Below, in pieces: positions 46,658-56,343 of a stretch of DNA of 64,000 bases. The stretch spans positions 6,013 through 70,012 of the forward strand of contig JAZUEB010000081.1 of assembly GCA_045639965.1 (NCBI GenBank), read 5' to 3'. The notes below the pieces were generated by a model, which was given only the letters and a program-made list of their open reading frames with translations, was not told the DNA's origin and made no database searches. The position numbers were made by a program, and so were the translations under genes. Position 1 is the stretch's first letter; each line of letters opens with the position of its first letter. The DNA is from Vescimonas sp. GTDB taxonomy: Bacteria; Bacillota; Clostridia; Oscillospirales; Oscillospiraceae.

Positions 46658-47925
46658 TCACCAAGTATAGCCGCATCGGTGAGGAGGTGCGCCGGGAAAC
46701 GCTCCCCAACGGCCTGCCCGTTATCATCGTCAAGAAGCCCGGTTTCTGCCGGAAATATGCCATGTTCGGCACCCGCTACGGCGGTATGGATATGCGCTTC
46801 CGGCTCCACGGGGAGTGGCTGGATACCCCGGCGGGTATCGCCCACTACTTGGAGCATAAGATGTTCGACACCGCGGAGGGCAACGCTCTGCAGGAGCTTG
46901 CCATGAACGGAGCCGAACCCAACGCCTTTACCTCCAACGCCATCACCTGCTACTTCTTCGATTCTACCGACAAGTTTATGGAGAATCTGAAGATCCTGCT
47001 GTCCTTCGTCTCCGTGCCGTACTTCACCGATGAGAGTGTTGCCAAGGAGCAGGGAATCATCGGCCAGGAGATCGGCATGATCGAGGACAACCCGGAGTGG
47101 CAGGTCTACAAGAATTTGATGCAGTGCCTCTACCACCACAGCCCGGTGCGTACCCCCATCGCCGGCAGTGTGGAGAGTATCCGCCATATCACAGCCCAAA
47201 CGCTGTACGACTGCCACAAGGCGTTTTACACCCCCAATAATATGTGCCTTGTCATTGTGGGCGACGTAGATGCGGACGAGGTGCTGAAACTGGCGGAGGA
47301 GATCCTGCCCAAGGAGAGCGGTGAAGAGATCCCCCGTGACTACGGGGAGGAGGAAGACCTCACCGCTGCTCAAAGCGAATACCGCTGCCAGATGGAGGTG
47401 GCCATGACCAACTTCCTGGCGGGCTTCAAGTGTCCGCCTCCGGCTGATGGCGAGGAATACTACCGCGAAAACATCCTTGGCGACCTGGCCTGTGATCTGC
47501 TGCTGGGCGAGAGCAGCCCGCTGTACGCAAGATTGTATGCCCGGGGTCTTATCAACGGCAGCTTCGGCAGCTCCTACGATATCCTCCCCGGTGCGGCGTA
47601 TGTATACCTCGGCGGCGAGAGCAAGGATCCCCATGCCGTCATGGATGCCATTCTGGACGAGGTGGAGCGCCTGACGCGCGAGGGACTGGACGGCGCCTAC
47701 TATCTGCGTATCCGCAACGCCAACTTCGGCGACACCCTCAAGAGCCTGAACAGCTTTGAATCCATTGCCGTGGAGGCAGTGGAGGGCTGCTTCCACCACT
47801 TTGATCCCTGCCGTTTCCCGGAGATCTACGACTCCATCACCGAGCAGGACATTCTGGACTTCCTGCGCCGAAACTTCAAGCGGGAGCGCATGGCGATCTC
47901 CATTATTGACCCGAAAGAAGGCTAA
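46654..47925 (+). CDS. M16 zinc peptidase, YmfH-like
   Basis: GIAHYLEHKMF, NAFTS and KEQGIIGQEI motifs. Confidence 0.88.
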   Translation: MITKYSRIGEEVRRETLPNGLPVIIVKKPGFCRKYAMFGTRYGGMDMRFRLHGEWLDTPAGIAHYLEHKMFDTAEGNALQELAMNGAEPNAFTSNAITCYFFDSTDKFMENLKILLSFVSVPYFTDESVAKEQGIIGQEIGMIEDNPEWQVYKNLMQCLYHHSPVRTPIAGSVESIRHITAQTLYDCHKAFYTPNNMCLVIVGDVDADEVLKLAEEILPKESGEEIPRDYGEEEDLTAAQSEYRCQMEVAMTNFLAGFKCPPPADGEEYYRENILGDLACDLLLGESSPLYARLYARGLINGSFGSSYDILPGAAYVYLGGESKDPHAVMDAILDEVERLTREGLDGAYYLRIRNANFGDTLKSLNSFESIAVEAVEGCFHHFDPCRFPEIYDSITEQDILDFLRRNFKRERMAISIIDPKEG

Positions 47926-47930
47926 CGGAT

Positions 47931-48875
47931 ATGAACATTGCATATAACAGTCCCATCAGCTTCCCCGGACTGTTCGGCGACTGGCAGTTTACCGCCTCTC
48001 CCAAGGCACTCAACATTGGCGGCGGCGTCTACTGGTACGGCATTCTCATTGCCCTGGGTGTACTGCTTGCCACGCTTTTGTGTATGAAGCAAAAGGAAAA
48101 GTACGGCATCACGGAGGACAACCTGATGGACTGCCTCCTGTGGGGCATTCCCTGCGGCGTCATCGGCGCACGTGCCTATTACGTTATCTTCTACCTGGAT
48201 AATTTCCGCAACGCCGACGGCTCGCTGAACTGGGGCACTGACCATGGCACCATCGCCATCTGGGACGGCGGACTGGCCATTTACGGTGCGGTGATCGCGG
48301 CGGTGATCGTGGTGCTGATCCTCAGCCGCCGCGGCGGCTATAAGTTCTTCGCCCTGATGGACCTGTGCGTCATGGGACTTCTGGTGGGTCAGGCGATGGG
48401 ACGCTGGGGCAACTTTATGAACCGCGAGGCCTTCGGCGCGGAGACCGCCCTCCCCTGGCGTATGCAGCTGATCACCACCGGCGGCAAGGCGGTGTGCGTC
48501 CATCCCACCTTCCTCTACGAGAGTCTGTGGAACGTGGCGGGGTTGCTGCTGCTCCTGTTCGTGGTCTCCAGGGCGCGCCGTTTCGACGGTGAGAACACCT
48601 GGTTCTATTTCCTGTGGTACGGTATTGGCCGGTTCTGGATCGAGGGGTTGCGGACTGACAGCCTGTATCTTTTCAACTGGACGCTGTTCGGTGAGCGCAT
48701 TCGGGTCAGCCAGGCACTGAGCTTCGTGATGATCTTCGTGGGCGGGTTTATGCTACTTTACAACATTTTCCTGCATCCCCATTCACCGGATGAACTTTAT
48801 GTCAACCAACTGGCAGCGAAAAAAGCGGCGGAAGAGATGTCCGCTGAGCCGGAGGAACCTACGGAAGAAAAATGA
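47931..48875 (+). CDS. lgt: prolipoprotein diacylglyceryl transferase
   Basis: WYG, GARAYY, GGLAIYG, GQAMGRWGNFMNRE, HPTFLYES and EGLRTD motifs. Confidence 0.95.
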   Translation: MNIAYNSPISFPGLFGDWQFTASPKALNIGGGVYWYGILIALGVLLATLLCMKQKEKYGITEDNLMDCLLWGIPCGVIGARAYYVIFYLDNFRNADGSLNWGTDHGTIAIWDGGLAIYGAVIAAVIVVLILSRRGGYKFFALMDLCVMGLLVGQAMGRWGNFMNREAFGAETALPWRMQLITTGGKAVCVHPTFLYESLWNVAGLLLLLFVVSRARRFDGENTWFYFLWYGIGRFWIEGLRTDSLYLFNWTLFGERIRVSQALSFVMIFVGGFMLLYNIFLHPHSPDELYVNQLAAKKAAEEMSAEPEEPTEEK

Positions 48876-48920
48876 CTGTGACAAGTGCGCGGCGTGAGGC
48901 CACGCCACCCTACACAAACG

Positions 48921-48954
48921 AAAAAACTTCGGAGCGATGCTCCGAAGTTTTTTT
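48921..48954. terminator. bidirectional terminator
   Basis: AAAAAACTTCGGAGC-gat-GCTCCGAAGTTTTTT. Confidence 0.8.
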
Positions 48955-48973
48955 GTTCTTGATAAGAATTATG

Positions 48974-50233
48974 TCAACTTGCGATCCGGCAGGCGCCGTA
49001 ATAGCGGCTGGGATAGCTGCCGCCATCCAGCGAGGAAACGATCACGCCCACGCCATAGGTGGAGGCATGGACAAATTCCCGGTTGCCGATATAGATGCCC
49101 ACGTGTCCGATGGAGCTGCCGCCGCCGCTGGGGGTGAAGAACACCAGATCCCCGGGCTGCAGCTCGCTCTGACTGATGTGGGTTCCCTCGTTGTACTGAT
49201 ACGACGCGCCGTGGGAGAGGGTATAGCCGTACAGACCGTAGATATACTTGGTAAAGCCGGAGCAGTCAAATCCCGTGCCGGGACTTTCTCCGCCATAGAC
49301 GTAGGAATAACCCTTATATTCCAGCGCCTTGTTGGCGATCTCCGCCCCTGTACCGCTGCCGGTGACGGTAACGGTCTCCGTGGGAGCCGCAGGGATTTCC
49401 ACCACGGGGTTGGTGCCTTTGGCGCTTACCATCGCCAGATAGTCGCCGGAGACGTAGCCGCTCTTACCGTTATAGCTCACAGCGTACCAGCCGCTTGAAA
49501 AGCCGGTCACATCCACGTAGTAGCCGCCGGGAATGGAGGCCACCACGCTGCCGCCCACGCTGCTGCGCAGGTTCAGACTGTCGGAAGCGGTGACCTTGCC
49601 GTAGGCGGCGAGACCGCTGGCGTCGCTGTACACCGTCACATAGGATGCCGCCATATAGCCTGTCTTGCCGTCATAGTTGACCTGATACCAGTCTCCGCTG
49701 ACGCCCTTGACGGCAACAGCGGTCCCCTTGTTCAGCGTCATCAGGACGCTGCTGGAAGCATTGGCATCGCTGCGCAGATTGACGCCCGAGCCGGACACGA
49801 TACCGAGAGCTTTGACAGAGGTACTGCTCTGGGGCAGAGAAGCGGCCTTCTTAGCCTCTTCTGCTTTCCTGGCTTCCTCCGCTTTCTTGGCTTCTTCTGC
49901 TTTCCTGGCTTCCTCCGCCTTCTTGGCTTCCTCGGCTTTTCTGGCTTCCTCTGCCTTCTTCGCTTCTTCCGCTTTCTTGGCCTCTTCTGCTTTATTGGCT
50001 TCCTCGACCTTCTCGGCTTCCTCCTCTGCCTTGATATCGGCAGACTGCTGCGGCTGAGACTTTATGGTCGGCGCTTCCGCTTTCGGCAGATCCACAGCAG
50101 CGGCGGCCTTAGCGGTGTCCAAAGCCTCCTGCGCAGTTTTCGGCGCGGTGAGCTTGCTGACCAGCAGCCCGCAGACAGCCAATACGATTACAAGCGCAGC
50201 GCATACAAGTGTAATTTTGCGTTTCATGTTCAT
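48974..50233 (-). CDS. SH3b-SH3b-NlpC/P60 peptidoglycan endopeptidase
   Basis: N-terminal signal/TM, two VNLR..GWY..GY SH3b domains, FDCSG, PGDLVFF and HVGIY motifs. Confidence 0.9.
   Translation of the reverse strand: MNMKRKITLVCAALVIVLAVCGLLVSKLTAPKTAQEALDTAKAAAAVDLPKAEAPTIKSQPQQSADIKAEEEAEKVEEANKAEEAKKAEEAKKAEEARKAEEAKKAEEARKAEEAKKAEEARKAEEAKKAASLPQSSTSVKALGIVSGSGVNLRSDANASSSVLMTLNKGTAVAVKGVSGDWYQVNYDGKTGYMAASYVTVYSDASGLAAYGKVTASDSLNLRSSVGGSVVASIPGGYYVDVTGFSSGWYAVSYNGKSGYVSGDYLAMVSAKGTNPVVEIPAAPTETVTVTGSGTGAEIANKALEYKGYSYVYGGESPGTGFDCSGFTKYIYGLYGYTLSHGASYQYNEGTHISQSELQPGDLVFFTPSGGGSSIGHVGIYIGNREFVHASTYGVGVIVSSLDGGSYPSRYYGACRIAS
49850..49993 (-). repeat. 8 x 18-bp coding repeat KAEEA(K/R)
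   Basis: eight consecutive hexapeptides with synonymous codon variation. Confidence 0.9.
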
Positions 50234-50530
50234 TTACTTTCCGGAAAGCGCCCGTTCCAGCCAGATGCAGCCCACGTCCATGGCGGCATACAGACTCTCC
50301 TTTTCGGATTTTTTTACCACGCGATCCCGGGATTTCAGATCGGGATCGGTGAGCTGCAGCTGTACGCTGACCTTGGTGGCGACCTCCATATCCTGTTCTT
50401 TTTTGGTCTCCAGGATCTGGAGCATAACAATATACTTGTCCGCCATCGAACCATAATAGATCAGATTGTCGATGCGGCGCAGGGGATGATTTTTATAGAC
50501 AAGGCCTTCTGCCTTTTTCTCTTCTGCCAT
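50234..50530 (-). CDS. hypothetical protein (98 aa)
   Basis: AAAGGAG RBS; abuts the NlpC/P60 gene. Confidence 0.75.
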   Translation of the reverse strand: MAEEKKAEGLVYKNHPLRRIDNLIYYGSMADKYIVMLQILETKKEQDMEVATKVSVQLQLTDPDLKSRDRVVKKSEKESLYAAMDVGCIWLERALSGK

Positions 50531-50622
50531 AACGGTACTCCTTTCTCAATCAAAACTTGTCCATAAGTTTATCACAAAAGCGCCCCTCTTGTCAAATGAC
50601 ATTAGCAGGTATTTTCTGCCAA

Positions 50623-50654
50623 AAAACGACACCAACGATGGTTGGTGTCGTTTT
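50623..50654 (-). terminator. terminator of exporter operon
   Basis: AAAACGACACCAAC-gatg-GTTGGTGTCGTTTT. Confidence 0.75.
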
Positions 50655-50668
50655 GACAGGGGAGTGTA

Positions 50669-51916
50669 TTACTGATAGCGCAGGGCATCGATGGGATTCA
50701 ATTTGCTGGCTTTCATAGCGGGCGCCAGACCGAACACGATGCCGATGACCATGGAGAACACCACCGCGATGAGACACGCGCTGCCGCTGATGGCCATGGG
50801 TGTGCCCATGATCCGCGAGAGCATGTAGGCAAGGCCAACGCCGCAGCCCACGCCCAGTATGCCGCCCAGAGAGGTCAGCACGGCGGCCTCGGTAAGGAAC
50901 TGCCACAAAATACGCTTTTGCTGGGCGCCGATGGCGATCTTCAATCCGATCTCCCGGGTGCGCTCGGTGACGGATACCAGCATGATGTTCATCACGCCGA
51001 TACCGCCCACCACCAGCGAGATGGCGGCGATCCAGATGAGCTGCCGGTTGGAGCTCTCGGACAGGCTCTGCAGGTTGCTGGCCTGCTGCAAAAGGTCGTC
51101 GGACTGGTAGGAATAGGTCTCCGAGTGGATCTGGCTTTCGTTCAGCGCCTTGGCCACGTTGTTGCCGGCGGTGGTCATGACATCGGTGCTCTCGGCTCGG
51201 ACTGCCACGGTCTGGGGCTCATCATAGCGGTAGATGCCTGCCCAGCAGGTGCCGGGGATCAGCATGGTCCCGCTGCCGGTATCGGCATACATCCAGTAGT
51301 CCTCGATGGAATTTATGACGGGTGCATTGGTCACGCTCTGTGATACCACACCCACCACAGTGAATGGCTCTCCCTGGATTTCAATGGTCGACCCCACGGG
51401 GTTTTCGCCGCTGAACAGGGTAACGGCGGTCTTGCTGTCCACCAGTACCACCTTACGCCGCTGCGTAAAGTCATTTGCCACGAAACCCCGTCCGTAGTTG
51501 ACCCGGTAATCGTTGACCGCCAGGAAATGCTCGTCGATACCATAGAGGTTGCCGTTGAACGCAGCGTTGCCGTAGTACACGCCGTCGGTCCACTGACGGG
51601 CGTAGTACAAAGAGGTCTCTGCCACGTCGTCCAGTTCGTCCAGCTCAGCGCGTTTTTCCTCGGTAATGGGGGCAACGCCCTGGGGCAGCGCCGACCAGGA
51701 CAGGTCGGCCTCGTAGCTGTCCTGCATCAGCTTCACCGTTACCACGTTGTTGCCCCGACCGATCAGGTTCTGCTTGATCTGTTCGTTGGTGCCCTTGATG
51801 GTGGATACGATGGTGATGATGGCGGCGATGCCGATGATGATGCCCAGCATCGTCAGAAAGGAGCGCAGCTTGTGGCTCCATACACCCTGTAAGGCGAGAG
51901 ATATATTTTCAAACAT
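50669..51916 (-). CDS. MacB/YknZ-type ABC permease
   Basis: [33 protein letters not shown] and PIDALR motifs. Confidence 0.92.
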   Translation of the reverse strand: MFENISLALQGVWSHKLRSFLTMLGIIIGIAAIITIVSTIKGTNEQIKQNLIGRGNNVVTVKLMQDSYEADLSWSALPQGVAPITEEKRAELDELDDVAETSLYYARQWTDGVYYGNAAFNGNLYGIDEHFLAVNDYRVNYGRGFVANDFTQRRKVVLVDSKTAVTLFSGENPVGSTIEIQGEPFTVVGVVSQSVTNAPVINSIEDYWMYADTGSGTMLIPGTCWAGIYRYDEPQTVAVRAESTDVMTTAGNNVAKALNESQIHSETYSYQSDDLLQQASNLQSLSESSNRQLIWIAAISLVVGGIGVMNIMLVSVTERTREIGLKIAIGAQQKRILWQFLTEAAVLTSLGGILGVGCGVGLAYMLSRIMGTPMAISGSACLIAVVFSMVIGIVFGLAPAMKASKLNPIDALRYQ

Positions 51917-51931
51917 ACCGCAGTTCCCTCC

Positions 51932-53479
51932 TTAGTAGCCGTAGAGCTGATCGGGTGTGGCTTCCTGGGTCTTTGCCCCGTCGGTCACGTCCTTGCCGTA
52001 GGGGAAGGCAATATAATCATCCTGCGTCAGCCCGCTGCGGATCTCCGTATAGCTGCCCCACAGACTGCTGCCCGTGGTGACCCAGCGCTGCTCCAGCATA
52101 CCGTCCTCACCCTGCACATAGACGTAGCTCTTGCCGTTTTCCGTGCGGAGGAACATATTGTCCAGATACCAGCAGCTGCGGCTTTCGCTGCTGCGATAGG
52201 TGATGTCCACATAGTCGTTTTCCTGCAGGGCGGCGTCCTCGCTGACAAAGGCCTTGAACGGATAGTAGGACACATTGTTGTTGCCGCCGCTCCAGCCGTA
52301 CTGGTCGGAGGGATAATCCTCCACGGACACGATCTCGCCCTCGCAGTTTGTGCCGGTCATCCAGGAGTTGATCTGCACCGTGTCGCCGATGTGGAGATCG
52401 CTCAGATCCAGCTCACTGATGACGCCGGAGACGTAGTACCCGCCGCCGCCGGAGATCTCCACCACGGCCTCGGAGTTCTGGAACGCCTCGTCCTCGCTGC
52501 GTACGACCTTGACCACGCCGTCCAATGTGCTGTAAACCGCACCGTCCTCCACCTCGGACTTTTTCCGCTGCAGCTCCAGCTCTGCCAGCTTCAGCTCCAC
52601 CTCGGACTGCCCGATTTCCTCCCGCTTCTCCTGCTGCTTCTTCTGCAGATCGACTTTATTTTCGGGAACCTCGGGGTTCTCAAGAAGAGCGTTCAGTTCG
52701 TCCAGCTCCTTTTGCAGCTTTTTCACCACTGCATCGGCAGAAGCGCTGTCATCGGGAATGGGAATAGGCTCGGGGGTAAAAAAGCCGATGGAGCCGTCAT
52801 CGTGCAAAATCACGCCCTGATAGCTCTCGGCGATGCCGTCTGCCTGGGTGTAAAGCACCACGTAACAATCGGTGGCGGAAGCCGGTATCGTTACCTCGCC
52901 GGGATCAAGGGTCGTGCCCTGCTGATAAAACGGCTTCGCCTGGGTTCCGTTCTGCTCTGCCGGAACCGTGGGCAGCGGATCGCCCGTCGGCTTACCTGCC
53001 TGCTCCCGGGCATCTTCCTTGGCTTTTTGCAGCTTTTGTGCCAGAGCTTCCTGCTCTTTCTTCAGCTCTTCCTTGTTCTTGATCTTCTCCAACTTGGCAA
53101 GCTCGGCCTTCAGGTTTTTCAGCGCCAGCTCCTGCCGCTCAAATTGGATCTGTGCCATCTTTACATCCAAAGAGGACAGCGAGGTGTCATACTCTAAGAT
53201 CTTCTCGCCCTTTTTGATGCTCTGCCCCTCTTTCACCAGAACCTTTGTCACGTTCTGTGTGGAGGAGAGATAGACCTTCTGCAGCTTATCGGTGGTCACC
53301 ATGCCGGAGCTTTGTGAGGCATTGCCCCAGCTGTCGGTGGTCATGAAATCGCTGACCGCGTATACGTTCACCGCCTCCCGGCTGGCAGAGCGTACCAGGG
53401 TCAGAATACCCCACACCAGACCGACGGTACCTACGGCAATGGCGGCGGCGATCAGCACCTTTTTCAGCGTTTTGTTCAT
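51932..53479 (-). CDS. membrane-fusion/adaptor protein (HlyD/YknX-like) with long coiled coil
   Basis: N-terminal TM, VKEGQSIKKGE lipoyl half, YSTLDGVV and VTTG..EIRSGL motifs. Confidence 0.78.
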   Translation of the reverse strand: MNKTLKKVLIAAAIAVGTVGLVWGILTLVRSASREAVNVYAVSDFMTTDSWGNASQSSGMVTTDKLQKVYLSSTQNVTKVLVKEGQSIKKGEKILEYDTSLSSLDVKMAQIQFERQELALKNLKAELAKLEKIKNKEELKKEQEALAQKLQKAKEDAREQAGKPTGDPLPTVPAEQNGTQAKPFYQQGTTLDPGEVTIPASATDCYVVLYTQADGIAESYQGVILHDDGSIGFFTPEPIPIPDDSASADAVVKKLQKELDELNALLENPEVPENKVDLQKKQQEKREEIGQSEVELKLAELELQRKKSEVEDGAVYSTLDGVVKVVRSEDEAFQNSEAVVEISGGGGYYVSGVISELDLSDLHIGDTVQINSWMTGTNCEGEIVSVEDYPSDQYGWSGGNNNVSYYPFKAFVSEDAALQENDYVDITYRSSESRSCWYLDNMFLRTENGKSYVYVQGEDGMLEQRWVTTGSSLWGSYTEIRSGLTQDDYIAFPYGKDVTDGAKTQEATPDQLYGY

Positions 53480-54156
53480 TTGACGCCACCTCCTGTCGTC
53501 AGAATACCGTCCCGGATGGTGTATACCTTTTCCGCATGTCGGGCGATGCCCGCGTCATGGGTAATCATAAGAATGGTCGCCCCGTCCCGATGAAGCTGGG
53601 AAAACAGCTCCATCACCGCCTCGCCGTTGGTGCTGTCCAAGGCTCCGGTAGGCTCATCGGCCAGCAGCAGCTTGGGACTTCCCACCATGGCGCGGGCAAT
53701 GGCAACGCGCTGGCATTGCCCGCCGGACATCTGCTCGGGATAGTGGGTAAACTGCTCCGCAAGTCCCATCTTTTCCAAGGCCTGCCGTGCCAATTCCAGG
53801 CGCTCCGCCTTTTTCATCCCGCCGTAGAGCAGGGGCAGGGCCACGTTCTCCTCGGCGGTCAGCTTGGGCAGCAGATGGTACTGCTGGAACACGAAGCCGA
53901 TCTCCTTGTTGCGGATGTCGGCCAGTTGTTTGTGATTGCAGGCGGTGATGTCCCGCCCGTTGAGGATATAGGAGCCGCTGGTCGGCACATCCAGACAGCC
54001 GATCAGGTTCATCAGCGTGCTCTTGCCGCTGCCGGAGGGCCCCATGATGGCAAGATACTCCCCCTCGTCTACGGTCAGATCCACGTTTTTAAGAACGTGG
54101 CTTACCGACTTTCCCATGGGATAGTCCTTGCAGATATCGTGCATCTCCAGAATCAT
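53476..54156 (-). CDS. MacB/LolD-type ABC ATP-binding protein
   Basis: GPSGSGKST, SGGQCQRVAIARA and LADEPTGALD motifs. Confidence 0.93.
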   Translation of the reverse strand: MILEMHDICKDYPMGKSVSHVLKNVDLTVDEGEYLAIMGPSGSGKSTLMNLIGCLDVPTSGSYILNGRDITACNHKQLADIRNKEIGFVFQQYHLLPKLTAEENVALPLLYGGMKKAERLELARQALEKMGLAEQFTHYPEQMSGGQCQRVAIARAMVGSPKLLLADEPTGALDSTNGEAVMELFSQLHRDGATILMITHDAGIARHAEKVYTIRDGILTTGGGVK

Positions 54157-55436
54157 GCCGCTTCCTCCACAGCCACCTCGGCCTCCTCCATCATCAGAAC
54201 TTCGCCGTCTTCTGTCATAGCCATGCCGCTTTCGGGAATGTCGACCATTCCCATGTCAGAGCTGCCCATCTCCATGCCGCCCATATCCATATCACCCATG
54301 TCCATGCCGCCTTCGGGTGCAAAGTTGCCCTCGTCATAGGTGACGCAGACCATGCCCGCCGTCAGCGTGTCGTCGGGGAAGGCGATGTAGTCATCGGCGC
54401 TCAAGCCGCTTTCAATGACGTAGGTATCCATCATCTCGTCATAGTCGCCCAGGGTCACGCTGCGCTTTTCCAGTTTGCCGTTACCTCCCTGCGCCCAGAC
54501 ATAGGGATTGCCCTCAATGTCACAGAGATACCAGGAGGGCATACGGATGGTGTTGGCATCCTCGATGGCGTCCTGCCCGTAATCCGGCTCAATGTATACG
54601 TGCTGTCCCAGCAGCAGCCCGCTGCTGTCCTCCAGCGCCACATAAAACGGGTACTTGCTGGACATGGCGGTGTCCTCGTCCATGTAGCCGTAGTTGTTGC
54701 TGTTTTGTGCCGGGTTGTTCCAGTCGATCTCACTGACGGTCCCGTGCCACATCTGCTCGTCCACACGGGAACGCAGCAGTACCTCCATCCCCTCATACAG
54801 GCTGCCGGCGTTGTTTTCGTTGATGTAACCCTTGATGCGGTAGCCGCCGGTCTCTACGATGGTCATAAGGGGCAGGGGATTGCCGAAGTCATCATAAGCG
54901 CCGTTTTCGTTGATGGTCTGCACCACACCCGCCACAGGAGACGTGACGGTGACGTTTTTAACGGTATTTGCCAGCTTTTCGATCTCCTTTTCCTTTACGG
55001 AGATGTCATATTGCGTCTGCAAAATGAGAACGTCCACCTCCCGTACGTCCAGCAGGGAGCCTTCGTCGCTGTCCACGATCATCTTTTTCTGCTCCTGGTA
55101 GGAGTCCAGCGTATTTTTCAGCTTCTCCAGCTCCAGCTGCCCCCGCTCCAGATCCAGCTTGGTCTGCGCCATATCGTAGGTGAAGAGCGCCTGTCCCACG
55201 GCGACCTCGTCGCCCACCTTGACCTTGATCTCCGCTACGGTCGCGCCGTCGTTGGTCTTGATGTTGGTCTCGCCCTGGGGAGTTACCATGCCGGCAAAGC
55301 GGTCCACAAGACCGGTGCTTCCCATGCCGCAGATCATGCTCACACTCTGCACGGATACCTCACCCTTGTCGTCGCCGCAGCCGGACAATGCGGTAAACAG
55401 CATCACCAAAGCCAGAATAATTGCCAGTTTTTTCAT
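54153..55436 (-). CDS. membrane-fusion/adaptor lipoprotein with Met-rich acidic tail
   Basis: lipobox LSGC; VKVGDEV, TSPVAGVV and VTLG..IESGL motifs. Confidence 0.8.
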   Translation of the reverse strand: MKKLAIILALVMLFTALSGCGDDKGEVSVQSVSMICGMGSTGLVDRFAGMVTPQGETNIKTNDGATVAEIKVKVGDEVAVGQALFTYDMAQTKLDLERGQLELEKLKNTLDSYQEQKKMIVDSDEGSLLDVREVDVLILQTQYDISVKEKEIEKLANTVKNVTVTSPVAGVVQTINENGAYDDFGNPLPLMTIVETGGYRIKGYINENNAGSLYEGMEVLLRSRVDEQMWHGTVSEIDWNNPAQNSNNYGYMDEDTAMSSKYPFYVALEDSSGLLLGQHVYIEPDYGQDAIEDANTIRMPSWYLCDIEGNPYVWAQGGNGKLEKRSVTLGDYDEMMDTYVIESGLSADDYIAFPDDTLTAGMVCVTYDEGNFAPEGGMDMGDMDMGGMEMGSSDMGMVDIPESGMAMTEDGEVLMMEEAEVAVEEAA

Positions 55437-55626
55437 TTTGCCATGTTCCTTTCCTTTGATCTGTTCATAAGACGCATTTCGGCGGAAAAAAGTTCCGCAA
55501 AAAGTGTATGAATGAATTTAATACAGTTATACCACAACGGAGCGTTGATAGCAACCCTATTTTGCCGAAAAGTTCCCTTTGCAAAAAAACGGCGGTGGTT
55601 TACCGTGTCGCAAATCACCGCGCATT

Positions 55627-56343
55627 TTATTCCATCAGTCCGTATTTGATTTGCACCCGGGTCAGCTTTCCCAGCAGCGGTTTTCCCGCCAGCACAAGGG
55701 TCACCGCCGTGGCTCCGCCGTGGATCAGGTTGATGGGCAGCCCGCTGAGATAGACCGCCCCAGCCGAGGTGTTGTTGATGACCGCTGCCATGGTAATGAG
55801 GGTGCAGGTGTCCAGAAGAGGTCCCACCACGCACACCACGGCCAGAAAGCCAAAGAGCCCCAGCACCGCAAGATCTGCCGCTTTTTTCGGTGTCCGCTTC
55901 AAAAGACCCCGGCGGGCAAAGGACCCCGCCAGCAGACCGCCTGCGCCGTAGGCAAACATCTGCCAGGGCGTCCAGGGACCCTGCCCGAAAATGAAGTTGC
56001 TCACAAACCCCGTCAAAGCACCGGTCAGAAATCCCGCTTCCGGCCCGAAGACAATGCCGGTTAACATAATAATTGCCACCGTGGGCTTGAAGTGGGGTAC
56101 TGCGGCAAAGACGACGCGGCTGGCAACCGCCAGCGCGCTCATCACCGCCAGAAGCACCAGCTCCCGGGCCTGTGGTTTCCTGTCCTCAAAGCGCAGGGCA
56201 AAGGAGAGAAAAGCCAGCAGGATCACGGCGCTGCCGCCCACATAATATTTACGGTTCAGCTGCGCACACAGCAGCAGTACCAGCGGGATCCCCGGCAGCA
56301 GAAGAAGCAGGGACAGGAGCCGCCGCAAAGAGATACGCCTCAT
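55627..56343 (-). CDS. ECF transporter S component (CbrT-like, predicted corrinoid)
   Basis: ALAVASR, PHFKP and SNFIFGQGPWTPWQM motifs; in a cobalamin-riboswitch operon. Confidence 0.85.
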   Translation of the reverse strand: MRRISLRRLLSLLLLLPGIPLVLLLCAQLNRKYYVGGSAVILLAFLSFALRFEDRKPQARELVLLAVMSALAVASRVVFAAVPHFKPTVAIIMLTGIVFGPEAGFLTGALTGFVSNFIFGQGPWTPWQMFAYGAGGLLAGSFARRGLLKRTPKKAADLAVLGLFGFLAVVCVVGPLLDTCTLITMAAVINNTSAGAVYLSGLPINLIHGGATAVTLVLAGKPLLGKLTRVQIKYGLME

